From positions 1,384,989 through 1,448,988 of the forward strand of contig MTMF02000009.1 of the NCBI GenBank assembly GCA_002011125.2: a stretch of DNA of 64,000 nucleotides. Direction: 5' to 3'. The notes under the pieces are model-generated. The model was not told where the DNA came from. It was given only the letters and a program-made list of their open reading frames with translations, and did not search any database. A program made the translations under genes and the position numbers. Every line of letters starts with the position of its first letter. The stretch's first letter is position 1. This stretch comes from Candidatus Hydrothermarchaeum profundi. Lineage in GTDB: Archaea > Hydrothermarchaeota > Hydrothermarchaeia > Hydrothermarchaeales > Hydrothermarchaeaceae. This document shows, piece by piece, positions 54,512 through 64,000 of the stretch.

Positions 54512-55185
54512 AGTTAAAGACTCCTTTAATAATTCTTAATGTTAAGGCATATAAAGAATCGATGGGTAAAAGAGATTTGAAGCTAGCCAAAATATGCGAG
54601 GAAGTTGCCAAAGAGACTGGTGTAAACATAGCTTATTGTCCACAGCAGGTTGATCTTGCATGGGTAGCTAATGAAGTTGAAATCCCTTGTCTAGCACAAC
54701 ATGTTGACGCATTAGACCCGGGTAGTAAGACTGGATGGACTGTTCTTGAATCCATCAAAGAAGCGGGAGCTATAGGAACTTTGGTCAATCACTCAGAGCA
54801 TAGGATGAAAATTGCTGATATAGATGTTATCGTAGAGAAATCCAAAGAATTGGGCTTATGTACTGTAATCTGTACTAATAATGTTGTTGTCAGCCGGGCT
54901 GCAGCTGTTATGAAACCATATTCAATCGCAATCGAGCCTCCAGCCCTTATCGGGTCGGGTATACCGGTATCGAAAGCAGAACCAGAAATTGTCTCGGATT
55001 CAGTGAACGCAATAAAAGAATTAAATAGGGATACAGTAGTCCTTTGCGGAGCTGGAATTTCTACTGGAGAAGATGTGAGAGAGTCGTTAAAACTAGGTGC
55101 TGAGGGAGTTCTACTAGCCAGCGGGGTAGTTAAAGCAAAAGACCCTAAGAGGACATTATTGGACTTAGCATCTGGAATTTTCTGA
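54508..55185 (+). CDS. tpiA: Triosephosphate isomerase (archaeal type)
   Basis: N.KAY, NHSEHR, IEPP.LIG.G, GVLLASG. Confidence 0.95.
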   Translation: MKLKTPLIILNVKAYKESMGKRDLKLAKICEEVAKETGVNIAYCPQQVDLAWVANEVEIPCLAQHVDALDPGSKTGWTVLESIKEAGAIGTLVNHSEHRMKIADIDVIVEKSKELGLCTVICTNNVVVSRAAAVMKPYSIAIEPPALIGSGIPVSKAEPEIVSDSVNAIKELNRDTVVLCGAGISTGEDVRESLKLGAEGVLLASGVVKAKDPKRTLLDLASGIF

Positions 55186-55301
55186 CGTTACAAAAATTAT
55201 AGTATGGAGACTTACCGGGTGATTTACTTGGCATTTATTTTTAGTTTTATTGAGGAAAGAAAATGGATTTAAATCATTTAGAAGATCAGGAGGTCATTTC
55301 A

Positions 55302-56492
55302 ATGGGTAAAATTGATTTAGGTACGACTAAATATGTTATACATGCAAATATAGAAACTAATGGAATTGTTGAAAAACCTGACGTAGTTGGAGCTATATTT
55401 GGCCAAACAGAGGGGTTATTGGGTGATGATCTGGACTTAAGAGAGCTACAGAAAACTGGACGAATCGGCAGAATTGAGGTTAATATTGAGTCTAAAGGTG
55501 GCAGATCTAAAGGTACTATCAGCGTGCCTTCAAGTTTAGATAAAGTAGAAACAGCTATTTTAGCCGCAGCTTTAGAGACCATAGACCGCGTTGGACCGTG
55601 TGAAGCTAACATTACAATATCTTCTATTGAAGATGTGCGAGTTACTAAAAGAAAACGTGTGATATCAAGAGCGAAAGATATTTTAAAGACTATGGTTGAG
55701 GAAATAACGCCTGATAGCATTGAGATTACTGAAGAAGTTAAAGAGGCCTTCCGACTACAAGAGATCACAAAATATGGTAAAGAAAATCTTCCCGCAGGTC
55801 CTAATATTAAGGATTCTGATGCTATAATTATTGTAGAAGGCAGGGCAGATGTAATAAATCTTCTCAAGTATGGGATAAAGAATGCAATAGCCGTTGAAGG
55901 CACTAGTATTCCTCAGACTATTATTGACTTAAGCAAGGAGAAAACTACAACAGTTTTCACAGATGGTGATAGAGGCGGTGAACTCATTTTGAGGGAACTT
56001 TTACAAGTAGCAGATGTAGATTTTGTTGCAAGAGCTCCAGATGGTAAAGAAGTTGAAGAATTAACTAAAAAGGAGATATTTAAGGCGTTACGTAACAAGA
56101 TCCCTGCCGAGCAAGTAAAGGGGAGTCTGGCAATAACATCTGAGAACCATGCTAAACCTGCTAAAACTTCAACTCCACCACCAAAGAATGAAAAGGCAGA
56201 GAAATTTAGGAGCCTATTTTCAGATTTAACCGGTACACTGAAGGCATACCTGGTAGATGAGGATGTCAATGTTATAAAGGAGGTAGCAGTAAGAGACTTA
56301 GCCGTCGCTCTTAAAAATTCTAAAGAGAAAGTATCAGCAGTTATATTTGATGGAGTAATAACTCAGCGGCTAGTAGAGATCTCTAGTGAGAAAGGAGTCG
56401 AGTATTTAGTAGGTGCCAAGATAGGAAATATAACAAAAAAGCCTATAGGACTGAAGCTCCTTACCGCTAAGGATCTTGGTTTGCAAGCCTGA
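55302..56492 (+). CDS. dnaG: Archaeal DnaG (exosome-associated primase-like protein)
   Basis: DVVGAIFGQTEGLLG, VEGRADV, DGDRGG. Confidence 0.95.
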   Translation: MGKIDLGTTKYVIHANIETNGIVEKPDVVGAIFGQTEGLLGDDLDLRELQKTGRIGRIEVNIESKGGRSKGTISVPSSLDKVETAILAAALETIDRVGPCEANITISSIEDVRVTKRKRVISRAKDILKTMVEEITPDSIEITEEVKEAFRLQEITKYGKENLPAGPNIKDSDAIIIVEGRADVINLLKYGIKNAIAVEGTSIPQTIIDLSKEKTTTVFTDGDRGGELILRELLQVADVDFVARAPDGKEVEELTKKEIFKALRNKIPAEQVKGSLAITSENHAKPAKTSTPPPKNEKAEKFRSLFSDLTGTLKAYLVDEDVNVIKEVAVRDLAVALKNSKEKVSAVIFDGVITQRLVEISSEKGVEYLVGAKIGNITKKPIGLKLLTAKDLGLQA

Positions 56493-56548
56493 TGAGCTTT
56501 CCTTCTTGCTCAAAATATTTTTAAAACAGAAGGTAATATTAGTAAGTA

Positions 56549-56827
56549 ATGTATAAAGACGAACTAATTCACATACACCAGCTCCTAATATACTTGATGA
56601 AATTCCTAGTTGACAACGGGGTTTCAAAATCCTATTTCAAGGATTACCTTGACCTGAGCATCTCCCCACACCATATCCATAGAACTAAAGCAGAACATAA
56701 ATATGCCATATTTGTTTTAGCATTAGGTATCTCAAAAGTCCTGGCAGAGAATAATGAAATAATTCCTCGAAGTATTTCTAAAAAGTTAGAAGAACTAGCA
56801 GAGAGAGCTAGGACAGAGGTAAGCTAA
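56549..56827 (+). CDS. UPF0058 family protein
   Basis: MYKDELIHIHQLL..ISPHHIHRTKAEHKYAIF. Confidence 0.88.
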   Translation: MYKDELIHIHQLLIYLMKFLVDNGVSKSYFKDYLDLSISPHHIHRTKAEHKYAIFVLALGISKVLAENNEIIPRSISKKLEELAERARTEVS

Positions 56828-57261
56828 TAAAGATATTTTTTTAATATTATTGCGTCCTCACCGTCTGAGTAATAGGATGGCGCATAGCCACTTCTTTTAA
56901 AGCCTAGCTTTTTATAGAATTCGATCGCGCTTATGTTAGATACCCGTACCTCTAACCATACCTCCAGTACACCATAGCTTTTAAGCTTCTCTATTACAGT
57001 TTCCATAAGTAGTCTCCCAATCCCAAGCATTCTATATTGAGGGTCTACAGCTATGGCGAGGATATGTCCTCGAGTATCTACTCTACGGCTGATTACGTAT
57101 CCTACAACTATGCCATTCATCTCCGCAACAAGAAAGGTATCTGGATATAGTTCATATAAATTTAAGAGAAATAAGATATGGTAAGGGTCCTTGAAAGACT
57201 TGCATTCAATATCATACACCCTGCCTAGATCCGTGGGCGAAAATCTTCTGATCCTTATCAT
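56824..57261 (-). CDS. rimI: N-terminal acetyltransferase (RimI/Ard1)
   Basis: HILAIAVDP.YR..GIG, LEVRVSN..A..FY..LGF, YYSDGEDA. Confidence 0.9.
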   Translation of the reverse strand: MIRIRRFSPTDLGRVYDIECKSFKDPYHILFLLNLYELYPDTFLVAEMNGIVVGYVISRRVDTRGHILAIAVDPQYRMLGIGRLLMETVIEKLKSYGVLEVWLEVRVSNISAIEFYKKLGFKRSGYAPSYYSDGEDAIILKKYLY

Positions 57262-57773
57262 AGTCTCCTCTTACAATTTTCGCAGAAATTTTTGGTTTTA
57301 TAATCCACGTCTTTAATGCTATTTGAAAACACCATAACACATTTCTTATCTCCACAGTGGCGTAACCCTAAGCAATGGCCAAGTTCATGGACTGCTTCTT
57401 TTATTGCTCTTTCCAAGAATAAAGCATTATTAGAGGCACCGTATAGGGAGGGGTTTAATCTATATAGGGATATTAGACAGATTTTTCCATTAACATGAGC
57501 TTGACCGAAAATAAAGTTTAAGGCGCCTGTGAACAAGTCCCGTTTAGTAATTCCTAAAATTATATCTGACTTTGAGTTTAGGGAGTACTCATGAAGAGCT
57601 TGAAGGAAATATTTGGAGTCATATTGATTTCGCGAATTATTAAAGGCTTCAATAGGGACTTCTAAAATAGTCTTTGATACATTACAGGGGATATCCAAGA
57701 TTTCTTCAATACCCTTAGAAATCTCGTGCAAAAATGTCGCCTTGATATAGTCAAATGCCACTATCTCTATCAT
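57258..57773 (-). CDS. amzA: Archaemetzincin zinc metalloprotease
   Basis: HELGHCLGLRHC..CVM.FS..D.K..FC..C. Confidence 0.92.
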   Translation of the reverse strand: MIEIVAFDYIKATFLHEISKGIEEILDIPCNVSKTILEVPIEAFNNSRNQYDSKYFLQALHEYSLNSKSDIILGITKRDLFTGALNFIFGQAHVNGKICLISLYRLNPSLYGASNNALFLERAIKEAVHELGHCLGLRHCGDKKCVMVFSNSIKDVDYKTKNFCENCKRRL

Positions 57774-57812
57774 AGGAAAAAAGTATAATCCTATGTTTAT
57801 AATATTTGTCTG

Positions 57813-58142
57813 TTATTTTTTAAAAGCAAACGAAGGCAGCCATAATTTTGGCTTCTTTTTTGGATGCTCGATTTTTAGGTCTCTCAAATCTACATGGTTA
57901 TTTAAGAAATCAAAACCCAAAGGGGTGATAGTATATTTTTTAATATTTTTTCTTGAAGATTTAATAAATTTAGCTTTTTCTAATATTTTGAAGGCATTAT
58001 AAGCTTCTTTCGGATTCGCGACATATTTTCTTTTAAGAAACTCATATGGCCCGGTTTCTCCTCTTTGCGCAATTAGTATGAGAGCGCGCATTGCATTTTT
58101 TGTTAGTCTTATTTCTTCAAAGTCTTTTAATAGGTCTTTCAT
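57813..58142 (-). CDS. Hypothetical basic protein, winged-helix-like
   Basis: [21 protein letters not shown]; ATGA overlap with the aroC stop. Confidence 0.55.
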   Translation of the reverse strand: MKDLLKDFEEIRLTKNAMRALILIAQRGETGPYEFLKRKYVANPKEAYNAFKILEKAKFIKSSRKNIKKYTITPLGFDFLNNHVDLRDLKIEHPKKKPKLWLPSFAFKK

Positions 58143-59230
58143 TCTTCTAAGCATCCTAAATATCCTGACCTAATAGCATGATCAGTTAAGACTATGGCAA
58201 GCATAGCTTCACATACAGGCAGGACCCTAGGGACTATACAAGGATCATGACGTCCTTTGATTTCTATGGTTGTATTTTCCATTTTCTCTAAATCCACAGT
58301 CTCCTGTCTTTTTGCTATTGAGGAAGTTGGTTTTACGGCTACTCTGCATATTATAGGCATACCATTCGATATTCCTGCTTGTATCCCACCTGAATTATTT
58401 GTCTTTGTTCTAACCTTTCCATTTTTGATATAGAAGGGGTCATTGTTTTCAGAGCCTTTTTTAAAAGCTACTTTAAAGCCGGCTCCAATTTCAACGCCTT
58501 TTACTGCTCCCACGGACATAAGTGCTTTAGCTATATCTGCATCGAGTTTATCAAATACCGGCTCTCCAAGCCCCGGTGGAACATTCAAGGCTATTAGTTC
58601 TATAATACCCCCAACAGAATCTCCTTCTTGTTTCGCCTTAATTATTTCCGCTTCCATTTTCTTGGCAATTTCTAAATTTGCGCAACGGAGTGGGTTTTTT
58701 GTAGCATTTTCTATGATATCACTCACAGAAACTTCTCCTACTTCGACTCCGTGAATGTTTACTGTGTGACTTAAGATTTCTATCCCTATACTCGCAAGCA
58801 ATTTCTTCGCTATAGCTCCGGCAGCTACTCTTCCAACGGTCTCTCTGCCAGAGTATCTTCCTCCTCCTCTCCAATCTCTATGTATATACTTTACTGCGTA
58901 GGTATAATCACCATGACTTGGTCTTGGTTTGTTTTTAATTTCTAAGTAGGGAGTAGAATCAACATCTTTATTTTCTACTATCATGGCAATGGGCATTCCA
59001 GTAGTTCTCCCTTCAATAATTCCGGAAAGGATTCTAACTTTATCCTCCTCAGATCTAGTAGTAGTAAGTTGGCCTTGCCCAGGGCGTCTTCTATCTAATT
59101 CCTTCTGTATATCTGTTTCAGATAATTCTAATCCTGGAGGGCACCCATCTACTACCACCCCCACGGCTAAACCATGCGACTCGCCGAACGTAGTTATTCT
59201 GAAAATCTCTCCAAAAGTATTTCCGGGCAT
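58139..59230 (-). CDS. aroC: Chorismate synthase
   Basis: [35 protein letters not shown]. Confidence 0.97.
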   Translation of the reverse strand: MPGNTFGEIFRITTFGESHGLAVGVVVDGCPPGLELSETDIQKELDRRRPGQGQLTTTRSEEDKVRILSGIIEGRTTGMPIAMIVENKDVDSTPYLEIKNKPRPSHGDYTYAVKYIHRDWRGGGRYSGRETVGRVAAGAIAKKLLASIGIEILSHTVNIHGVEVGEVSVSDIIENATKNPLRCANLEIAKKMEAEIIKAKQEGDSVGGIIELIALNVPPGLGEPVFDKLDADIAKALMSVGAVKGVEIGAGFKVAFKKGSENNDPFYIKNGKVRTKTNNSGGIQAGISNGMPIICRVAVKPTSSIAKRQETVDLEKMENTTIEIKGRHDPCIVPRVLPVCEAMLAIVLTDHAIRSGYLGCLEE

Positions 59231-59277
59231 ATGAAAAAAATAGCTTAATATTAGTATAAAACTATTGTTGTGATTGA

Positions 59278-59934
59278 ATGGAGTTATTTAATCTGAAGAT
59301 TATAGTCGGTTTGATAGTACTAGTCTATTCATCATATCTGGATTTGAAATACAGAAAGATTGATGATAAAGCTTGGATTTCTTTGATATTACTTGGTGTC
59401 TCCTTTTTCATTTTTGAGTATATGCAACAAGTGATGGCTATAAAAGATTTTGTGATATCTATTACTATTACTGCAATTTTATCGCTAGCACTATATTATC
59501 TCGGAATACTTGGTGGGGGGGACGTTAAAATATTAATAGGTATTTCGGCTTTAATACCAAGACAATTTCAGTTCTCAATTTTTCCCTATTTTTCGTTAAC
59601 GGTTTTCGCTAATGCGGTTGTTATTTCTTCACTTCTCCCTCTCCTATTTTTTGCGTATAACATTAGAGAAATTAAAAGGGTGAGAAATGTTAAAGATTTT
59701 CTTGTACTTTTTTTAGGTTATAAAAAAGACGGAAGTAAAGTTGGAAAGCATGAAACGATAATCGCAAAAAATGGGAAATATAATTTCCTACTTCGAGGGA
59801 AAAATATTAAGTTAGGTGAAAAGGCTGAAGGGGAAGTATGGGTTTCTCCAGCTATACCTTTTATAATTCCTATCACAATAGGGTTCGTGATCGCATCTGT
59901 AGGAGGAGATATATTAAGCCATTTAATGAGTTAA
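59278..59934 (+). CDS. Prepilin/preflagellin peptidase (A24, FlaK/PibD-like)
   Basis: SYLDLKYR and GGGDVK catalytic Asp motifs; [10 protein letters not shown]. Confidence 0.88.
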   Translation: MELFNLKIIVGLIVLVYSSYLDLKYRKIDDKAWISLILLGVSFFIFEYMQQVMAIKDFVISITITAILSLALYYLGILGGGDVKILIGISALIPRQFQFSIFPYFSLTVFANAVVISSLLPLLFFAYNIREIKRVRNVKDFLVLFLGYKKDGSKVGKHETIIAKNGKYNFLLRGKNIKLGEKAEGEVWVSPAIPFIIPITIGFVIASVGGDILSHLMS

Positions 59935-59945
59935 GGAGGTAGAGT

Positions 59946-60704
59946 ATGAAACAAGAGGCGTATATTTTACTCATTCTAGTAGCTATTACTTTCGTTGAGT
60001 ATGTATTTGTATATGTAAATCCAGGACATGGCATAGTTTTAGCGTTGCTTCTAACGATAGTAATCTACATCTCAGTTTCTATACCAAAGGAGGAAACCCC
60101 TCTAACTAGAGCGGCCGAGTCACTTGCATTAATACCCTTGTATGTGTTATTTACTGCTTCACTGCCATGGTTTTTCATAAAACAGAGTTATTTATTGCCT
60201 GCCGTGTATAGCATTATCATGGCATTATGCCTCTGGCATATATATGAGAAAAAGATTGACGCAGCACGTTTGGGTTTAATAAAAAAAAGATTCTGGACAT
60301 TTGTATTAGGAGGTGCTATCGTTGGCTGTATTACGGGGTCAATTGAATACATCATCCTCAAACCTGAAGCGCCCTTACCCCAATTTGAGTTTATTTACCT
60401 CTTGCGTGATTGGATCTACATGACTTTTTTTGTAGGTTTGGGTGAGGAGGTACTGTTTAGGGGAATAATCCAAACAGACCTTCAAGACTTACTTGGCAAT
60501 CAGAAAGGGTTACTTTTAGCGGCAGTCCTTTTTGGGATCATGCATTTAACTTGGAGATCAGTACCCGAATTGTTGTTTGCTGCTTTTTCTGGTTACCTCT
60601 TAGGTTACATATTTTATAGAACAAAGAGTTTAATCATGCCGATCTCGCTTCACGGAGTAAATAATACCATACTTGTAAGTATCTTACCTTATCTCGTGAG
60701 GTAA
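59946..60704 (+). CDS. CPBP (CAAX/Abi) family intramembrane metalloprotease
   Basis: EEVLFRG, LFGIMH, HGVNN motifs; multi-TM. Confidence 0.9.
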   Translation: MKQEAYILLILVAITFVEYVFVYVNPGHGIVLALLLTIVIYISVSIPKEETPLTRAAESLALIPLYVLFTASLPWFFIKQSYLLPAVYSIIMALCLWHIYEKKIDAARLGLIKKRFWTFVLGGAIVGCITGSIEYIILKPEAPLPQFEFIYLLRDWIYMTFFVGLGEEVLFRGIIQTDLQDLLGNQKGLLLAAVLFGIMHLTWRSVPELLFAAFSGYLLGYIFYRTKSLIMPISLHGVNNTILVSILPYLVR

Positions 60705-60707
60705 AAG

Positions 60708-61496
60708 ATGGCTGTAGGATTAAGAATAGACGTTGACAGTATAGCGGATGCTAGGAGTCTACCGTTAGTTACACAAATCCTAGAAGAAATAGGCCTTAAG
60801 GCAACTTTTTTCATCTCTGTGGGTCCTGATAAATCTGGAAGAAACCTGCCTAAATATATGTGGAAACCATTAAAAGAAAAATCGTTAGCAGTCAAGAGAT
60901 ATGGTATTAGAAATCTTTTACTAGGGCTTACTCCTCTTCCTCCAAGGATAGAGGATATAAATATGAAATTTATAATAAAAAAAGGCCATGAAGTTGGGCT
61001 CCATGGTTATGATCATTACGAGTGGATCAAAAGACTGCAATATATGGATTGGAAAGAGATTAAATTAAGGATTAATAAAGGGATAGATATTTTTAGAAAA
61101 ATGTTTGGATTCTCTCCACGGAGCTTTGCATCTCCCGGCTTCTATATTACCGAGGAGTATTTTAAGGCTCTTGAGGTTTTTAGATTTAACTATGCAAGCG
61201 ATGTGATCGGTGCTAACCCTCATTATCCTATGCTTAGCGATAGGAAATTTAGAACCTTACAATTGCCGGTAACCATTAAATCTATTTTCGAGTTAAGACA
61301 GTGCGGAAAATCTGATAAAGAAATACTCAGAATGTTTAAAGAAAAAAAAGATAATTATGCTACATTTTATTTTCATCCTTCTTATGAGGCTTTATTTGAA
61401 AGAGATATCTTAAATAAAATCTTAGAATTAGACTTAGACTTTATAACCTTGGGGGAGATTGCGAGGGATTGGATTGAAGATTCTCCAAATATATGA
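60708..61496 (+). CDS. ArnD-like polysaccharide deacetylase/deformylase (CE4/NodB fold)
   Basis: VGLRIDVD..ATFFISVGPD.SGR matches the ArnD N-terminus; HEVGLHGYDH; FASPG. Confidence 0.8.
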   Translation: MAVGLRIDVDSIADARSLPLVTQILEEIGLKATFFISVGPDKSGRNLPKYMWKPLKEKSLAVKRYGIRNLLLGLTPLPPRIEDINMKFIIKKGHEVGLHGYDHYEWIKRLQYMDWKEIKLRINKGIDIFRKMFGFSPRSFASPGFYITEEYFKALEVFRFNYASDVIGANPHYPMLSDRKFRTLQLPVTIKSIFELRQCGKSDKEILRMFKEKKDNYATFYFHPSYEALFERDILNKILELDLDFITLGEIARDWIEDSPNI

Positions 61497-62622
61497 ATTA
61501 GCTCCAACAGGAATAAAAGCCTTCAATGGCATAGATGTATCTATTCTTGAGATCTCTAGAGAACTAGCCAAGCTTGGCCATGATGTAACAATTTTAACAG
61601 GCAGGAGCGGCAATAATGATATAGACTCTTGTGGAGACGTAAATATTGTTCAAGTGGAATTCTTCAACCTCATGAAAAAGACATGGGATCCAGTCAATTT
61701 AAGGCTTTCACGGCAATTAATTTTCCCTCTAGCCGTATTAGGCAAGAAATTTAGAGATTTTGACATATACCATGGACATATATATGCTTCTGGATTAATT
61801 GCTTTATATTTCGGGAAAATAAATAATGGAAAAGTAGTAAATACTATCCATGGCTCGTATTATCCAATCTGGCACTTGCTAGCTTCCCCGTGGGAGTCAT
61901 TTTTTTATAAAAAGTGTGAGCGGATTTTAGCTCCATTTCTAGCGAAACATGTTGACCTGCAAATTCATACAGGCGAATATTTCGCTAAAAAAGTGATAGA
62001 GTGGGGTGCGCCTCCTAGTAAAGTTAAAATAATTAGGAATGGTGTAAATATTAATGAATTCAACAAAAAAGATTCTAAGAAGGATAAATCGATTATTTTT
62101 ACGGCAAGACGACTTGTTAAAAAAAATGGTGTAGAATACCTTTTAAAAGCTATGAAAAAGATATCAGAGAAAGTAGACTGTGAATTGTGGATTGCTGGGG
62201 ATGGGCCTGAGAGGTCATCCTTAGAGAAACTTACAGAAAGACTTGAATTAAAAAATAAAGTAGTATTTTTAGGTCTTGTGCCACATGATAAAATTCCAGA
62301 ACTTTTAGCGCAAGCTGAAATCGCAGTATTACCGAGTCTAATCGAAGCATCTAGTTTGTTTTTATTAGAAGCCATGGGGATGGGAAAGCCTATAGTAGCT
62401 ACAAATGTTGGTGATAATCAAAAGATTCTTGACGGAAGCGCAATTCTAGTGAATCCCTGCGATATCGATAGTATGGCAGAAGGTATACTAGGTATTCTAG
62501 CCGATGATAAGAGGAAGAATGAAATGAGAAAAAAAGTTTTAGAAAAAGTTAGAGGGTATACATGGGAAAAAGTCGCAAGAATGATAGAGGAGGAATATCT
62601 ACGAATAAGCAGATTAAATTAG
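61474..62622 (+). CDS. GT4 glycosyltransferase
   Basis: HGH, TIHG, IRNGV, RRLVKKNGV, GDGPE, PSLIEASSLFLLEAM; TTG start. Confidence 0.9.
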   Translation: MKILQIYELAPTGIKAFNGIDVSILEISRELAKLGHDVTILTGRSGNNDIDSCGDVNIVQVEFFNLMKKTWDPVNLRLSRQLIFPLAVLGKKFRDFDIYHGHIYASGLIALYFGKINNGKVVNTIHGSYYPIWHLLASPWESFFYKKCERILAPFLAKHVDLQIHTGEYFAKKVIEWGAPPSKVKIIRNGVNINEFNKKDSKKDKSIIFTARRLVKKNGVEYLLKAMKKISEKVDCELWIAGDGPERSSLEKLTERLELKNKVVFLGLVPHDKIPELLAQAEIAVLPSLIEASSLFLLEAMGMGKPIVATNVGDNQKILDGSAILVNPCDIDSMAEGILGILADDKRKNEMRKKVLEKVRGYTWEKVARMIEEEYLRISRLN

Positions 62623-63452
62623 TAATGTGGGTAGGGTCGTCTGCGGTTATTTCATTGTTCTTTGTAGATGTATTTTTGAGCGCTCCTACGATATTTTCTG
62701 TAAGTTATCTACAATCAAATGGCGTATACTCTTGGCTAATATTTCTCCTATGTATATTTTGGATTTTTCTTAAAAAAGATGAGATAATAAAAAAAATAAA
62801 GTGGGATCGACTTATTCCTTCAATCCCCTTCTTTGTTTTAGGAGTTATAATTCTTGCAGTATCCTTAGGTGTAAGCGAATTTATAAGCACCTTTTCTTTT
62901 AAGGTACTCGCATTAATACTATCATATACAGCAATATTTGCGATATTCTTTGGCTCAGCGGCAATAGTACCATTAGCATTGATAGTGATCTATGGTTTTT
63001 CTATGTCTTTCCCATTTCTTATATCCTTTTTCTTAGAAAAATATTATACCTCTTTATCGATCTGGTTAACGGCTAGCATATTCAAAATTTTCGGAATATT
63101 GCCTTTGGTAAGCGGCCAGAACTTCGAGTATTTTTCAGTTTCAGGAGATAAAATCTCTGTGCTAATAGATTCTAGATGCTCTGGGACAGCTTCGCTAAGT
63201 GTTTTTATGGCTTTATTTTTTTTAATGGTATTAGATATACGCCTTCCAACTAGAAAAGCCGTACGTCTATTTCTATTTGGGATTACCGGCACCTTTATGC
63301 AGAATATTTTAAGATTGCTTGTCGTCCTGTTTGCGGGATATTTATATGGATATAAAGCTCTATTGTCGGCCCATACATATGCAGGCTATATTATTTTTGC
63401 TGTTTGGTTCTCTACTTTTACTGTGATATACTTAAGAGAGGCGAAAACGTGA
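62562..63452 (+). CDS. Archaeosortase/exosortase family transpeptidase
   Basis: Multi-TM; Cys (DSRCSG), Arg (NILRL) and His (AHTYAG) triad; start uncertain (ATG 62562, ACG 62601 or ATG 62625). Confidence 0.85.
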   Translation: MGKSRKNDRGGISTNKQIKLVMWVGSSAVISLFFVDVFLSAPTIFSVSYLQSNGVYSWLIFLLCIFWIFLKKDEIIKKIKWDRLIPSIPFFVLGVIILAVSLGVSEFISTFSFKVLALILSYTAIFAIFFGSAAIVPLALIVIYGFSMSFPFLISFFLEKYYTSLSIWLTASIFKIFGILPLVSGQNFEYFSVSGDKISVLIDSRCSGTASLSVFMALFFLMVLDIRLPTRKAVRLFLFGITGTFMQNILRLLVVLFAGYLYGYKALLSAHTYAGYIIFAVWFSTFTVIYLREAKT

Positions 63453-63817
63453 ATAGAGATATAATAAGGATATATGCCATGGTAGGACTTCTTTTACTCT
63501 CGTACTATGTACTTCAGGACCCAATATTTAGGGAGTTTGATGTATCTGAGTATGAGGGAGAAGAGAAGGCCTTCTATTTCACGAAGATAATTGATTCTGG
63601 GAGTTCCTATACTGCTGAGATTGGATTTTCAAAGAATAACATCTCTGTAATTTCTGATGCAAAATTAAGTATTGGAGAAGTGGTAAGCTTTTATGGTGTT
63701 ATAAATAATGGCAGGTTATATGTTGAAAAATACAAGGTGCACGAGCATCCCTATATGGTGTACTATCTCTCAATAGTGGGATTATTTTTGTTCATAATAC
63801 TTATTTCTAGGAGGTAA
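63449..63817 (+). CDS. Small membrane protein with OB-fold-like core and C-terminal TM-RR tail
   Basis: N-terminal hydrophobic helix, GEVVSFYG beta core, HPYMVYYLSIVGLFLFIILISRR; GTGA overlap with the sortase stop. Confidence 0.6.
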   Translation: MNRDIIRIYAMVGLLLLSYYVLQDPIFREFDVSEYEGEEKAFYFTKIIDSGSSYTAEIGFSKNNISVISDAKLSIGEVVSFYGVINNGRLYVEKYKVHEHPYMVYYLSIVGLFLFIILISRR

Positions 63818-63820
63818 TAG

Positions 63821-64000
63821 ATGCCAGACTGGGTTTCGCATTTGCTATTAGGATATTTTGTAGCAACTCTATTAGGAATAAAAAATAAAAAGCCTGTATA
63901 TATTGGGGTGCTTTTGCCCGACGCTTTCAAGATATTTATACCGTTGATGACTCTTTTAGAGATTAATAATACGATATTAATGAACTTTTTTGCCCCTTAC
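63821..64000 (+). CDS. Membrane-bound metal-dependent hydrolase (YdjM-like), partial
   Basis: Manual translation MPDWVSHLLLGY..IGVLLPD; runs off the window. Confidence 0.7.
   Translation, partial: MPDWVSHLLLGYFVATLLGIKNKKPVYIGVLLPDAFKIFIPLMTLLEINNTILMNFFAPY

Noticed and set aside
55286-56269. Long antisense ORFs over dnaG (also over fbp, purF and r-protein genes)
   Set aside because: Shadow frames of well-conserved genes with no recognisable motifs

Overview
AT-rich archaeal (euryarchaeal-type) chromosome segment, mostly core genes. It holds the large ribosomal superoperon (rpl3 to secY-adk-cmk-rpl14e-cbf5, and rps13-rps4-rps11-rpoD to rps2-mvk-ipk), four tRNAs, a type A RNase P RNA, a three-hairpin H/ACA guide RNA, and gluconeogenesis, lipid and sugar-nucleotide genes. 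Notable points: (1) all three tRNAs embedded in the translation operons overlap the stop codon of the upstream gene, and the cbf5 stop is the tRNA-Ser anticodon itself. (2) Several genes appear to need non-canonical ACG or ATT starts. (3) A 662-bp hicBA islet with a frameshifted toxin is bounded by 74-bp direct repeats at tRNA-Ser. (4) There is a bacterial-type GAPDH. (5) uS3 carries an extra C-terminal helical motif. (6) At the right end, one operon joins a GT4 glycosyltransferase, an ArnD-like deacylase, an archaeosortase, two further membrane proteases and a membrane hydrolase, which suggests a GPI-analogous glycolipid protein-anchoring system. All family calls come from motif recognition by eye, with no database searches.
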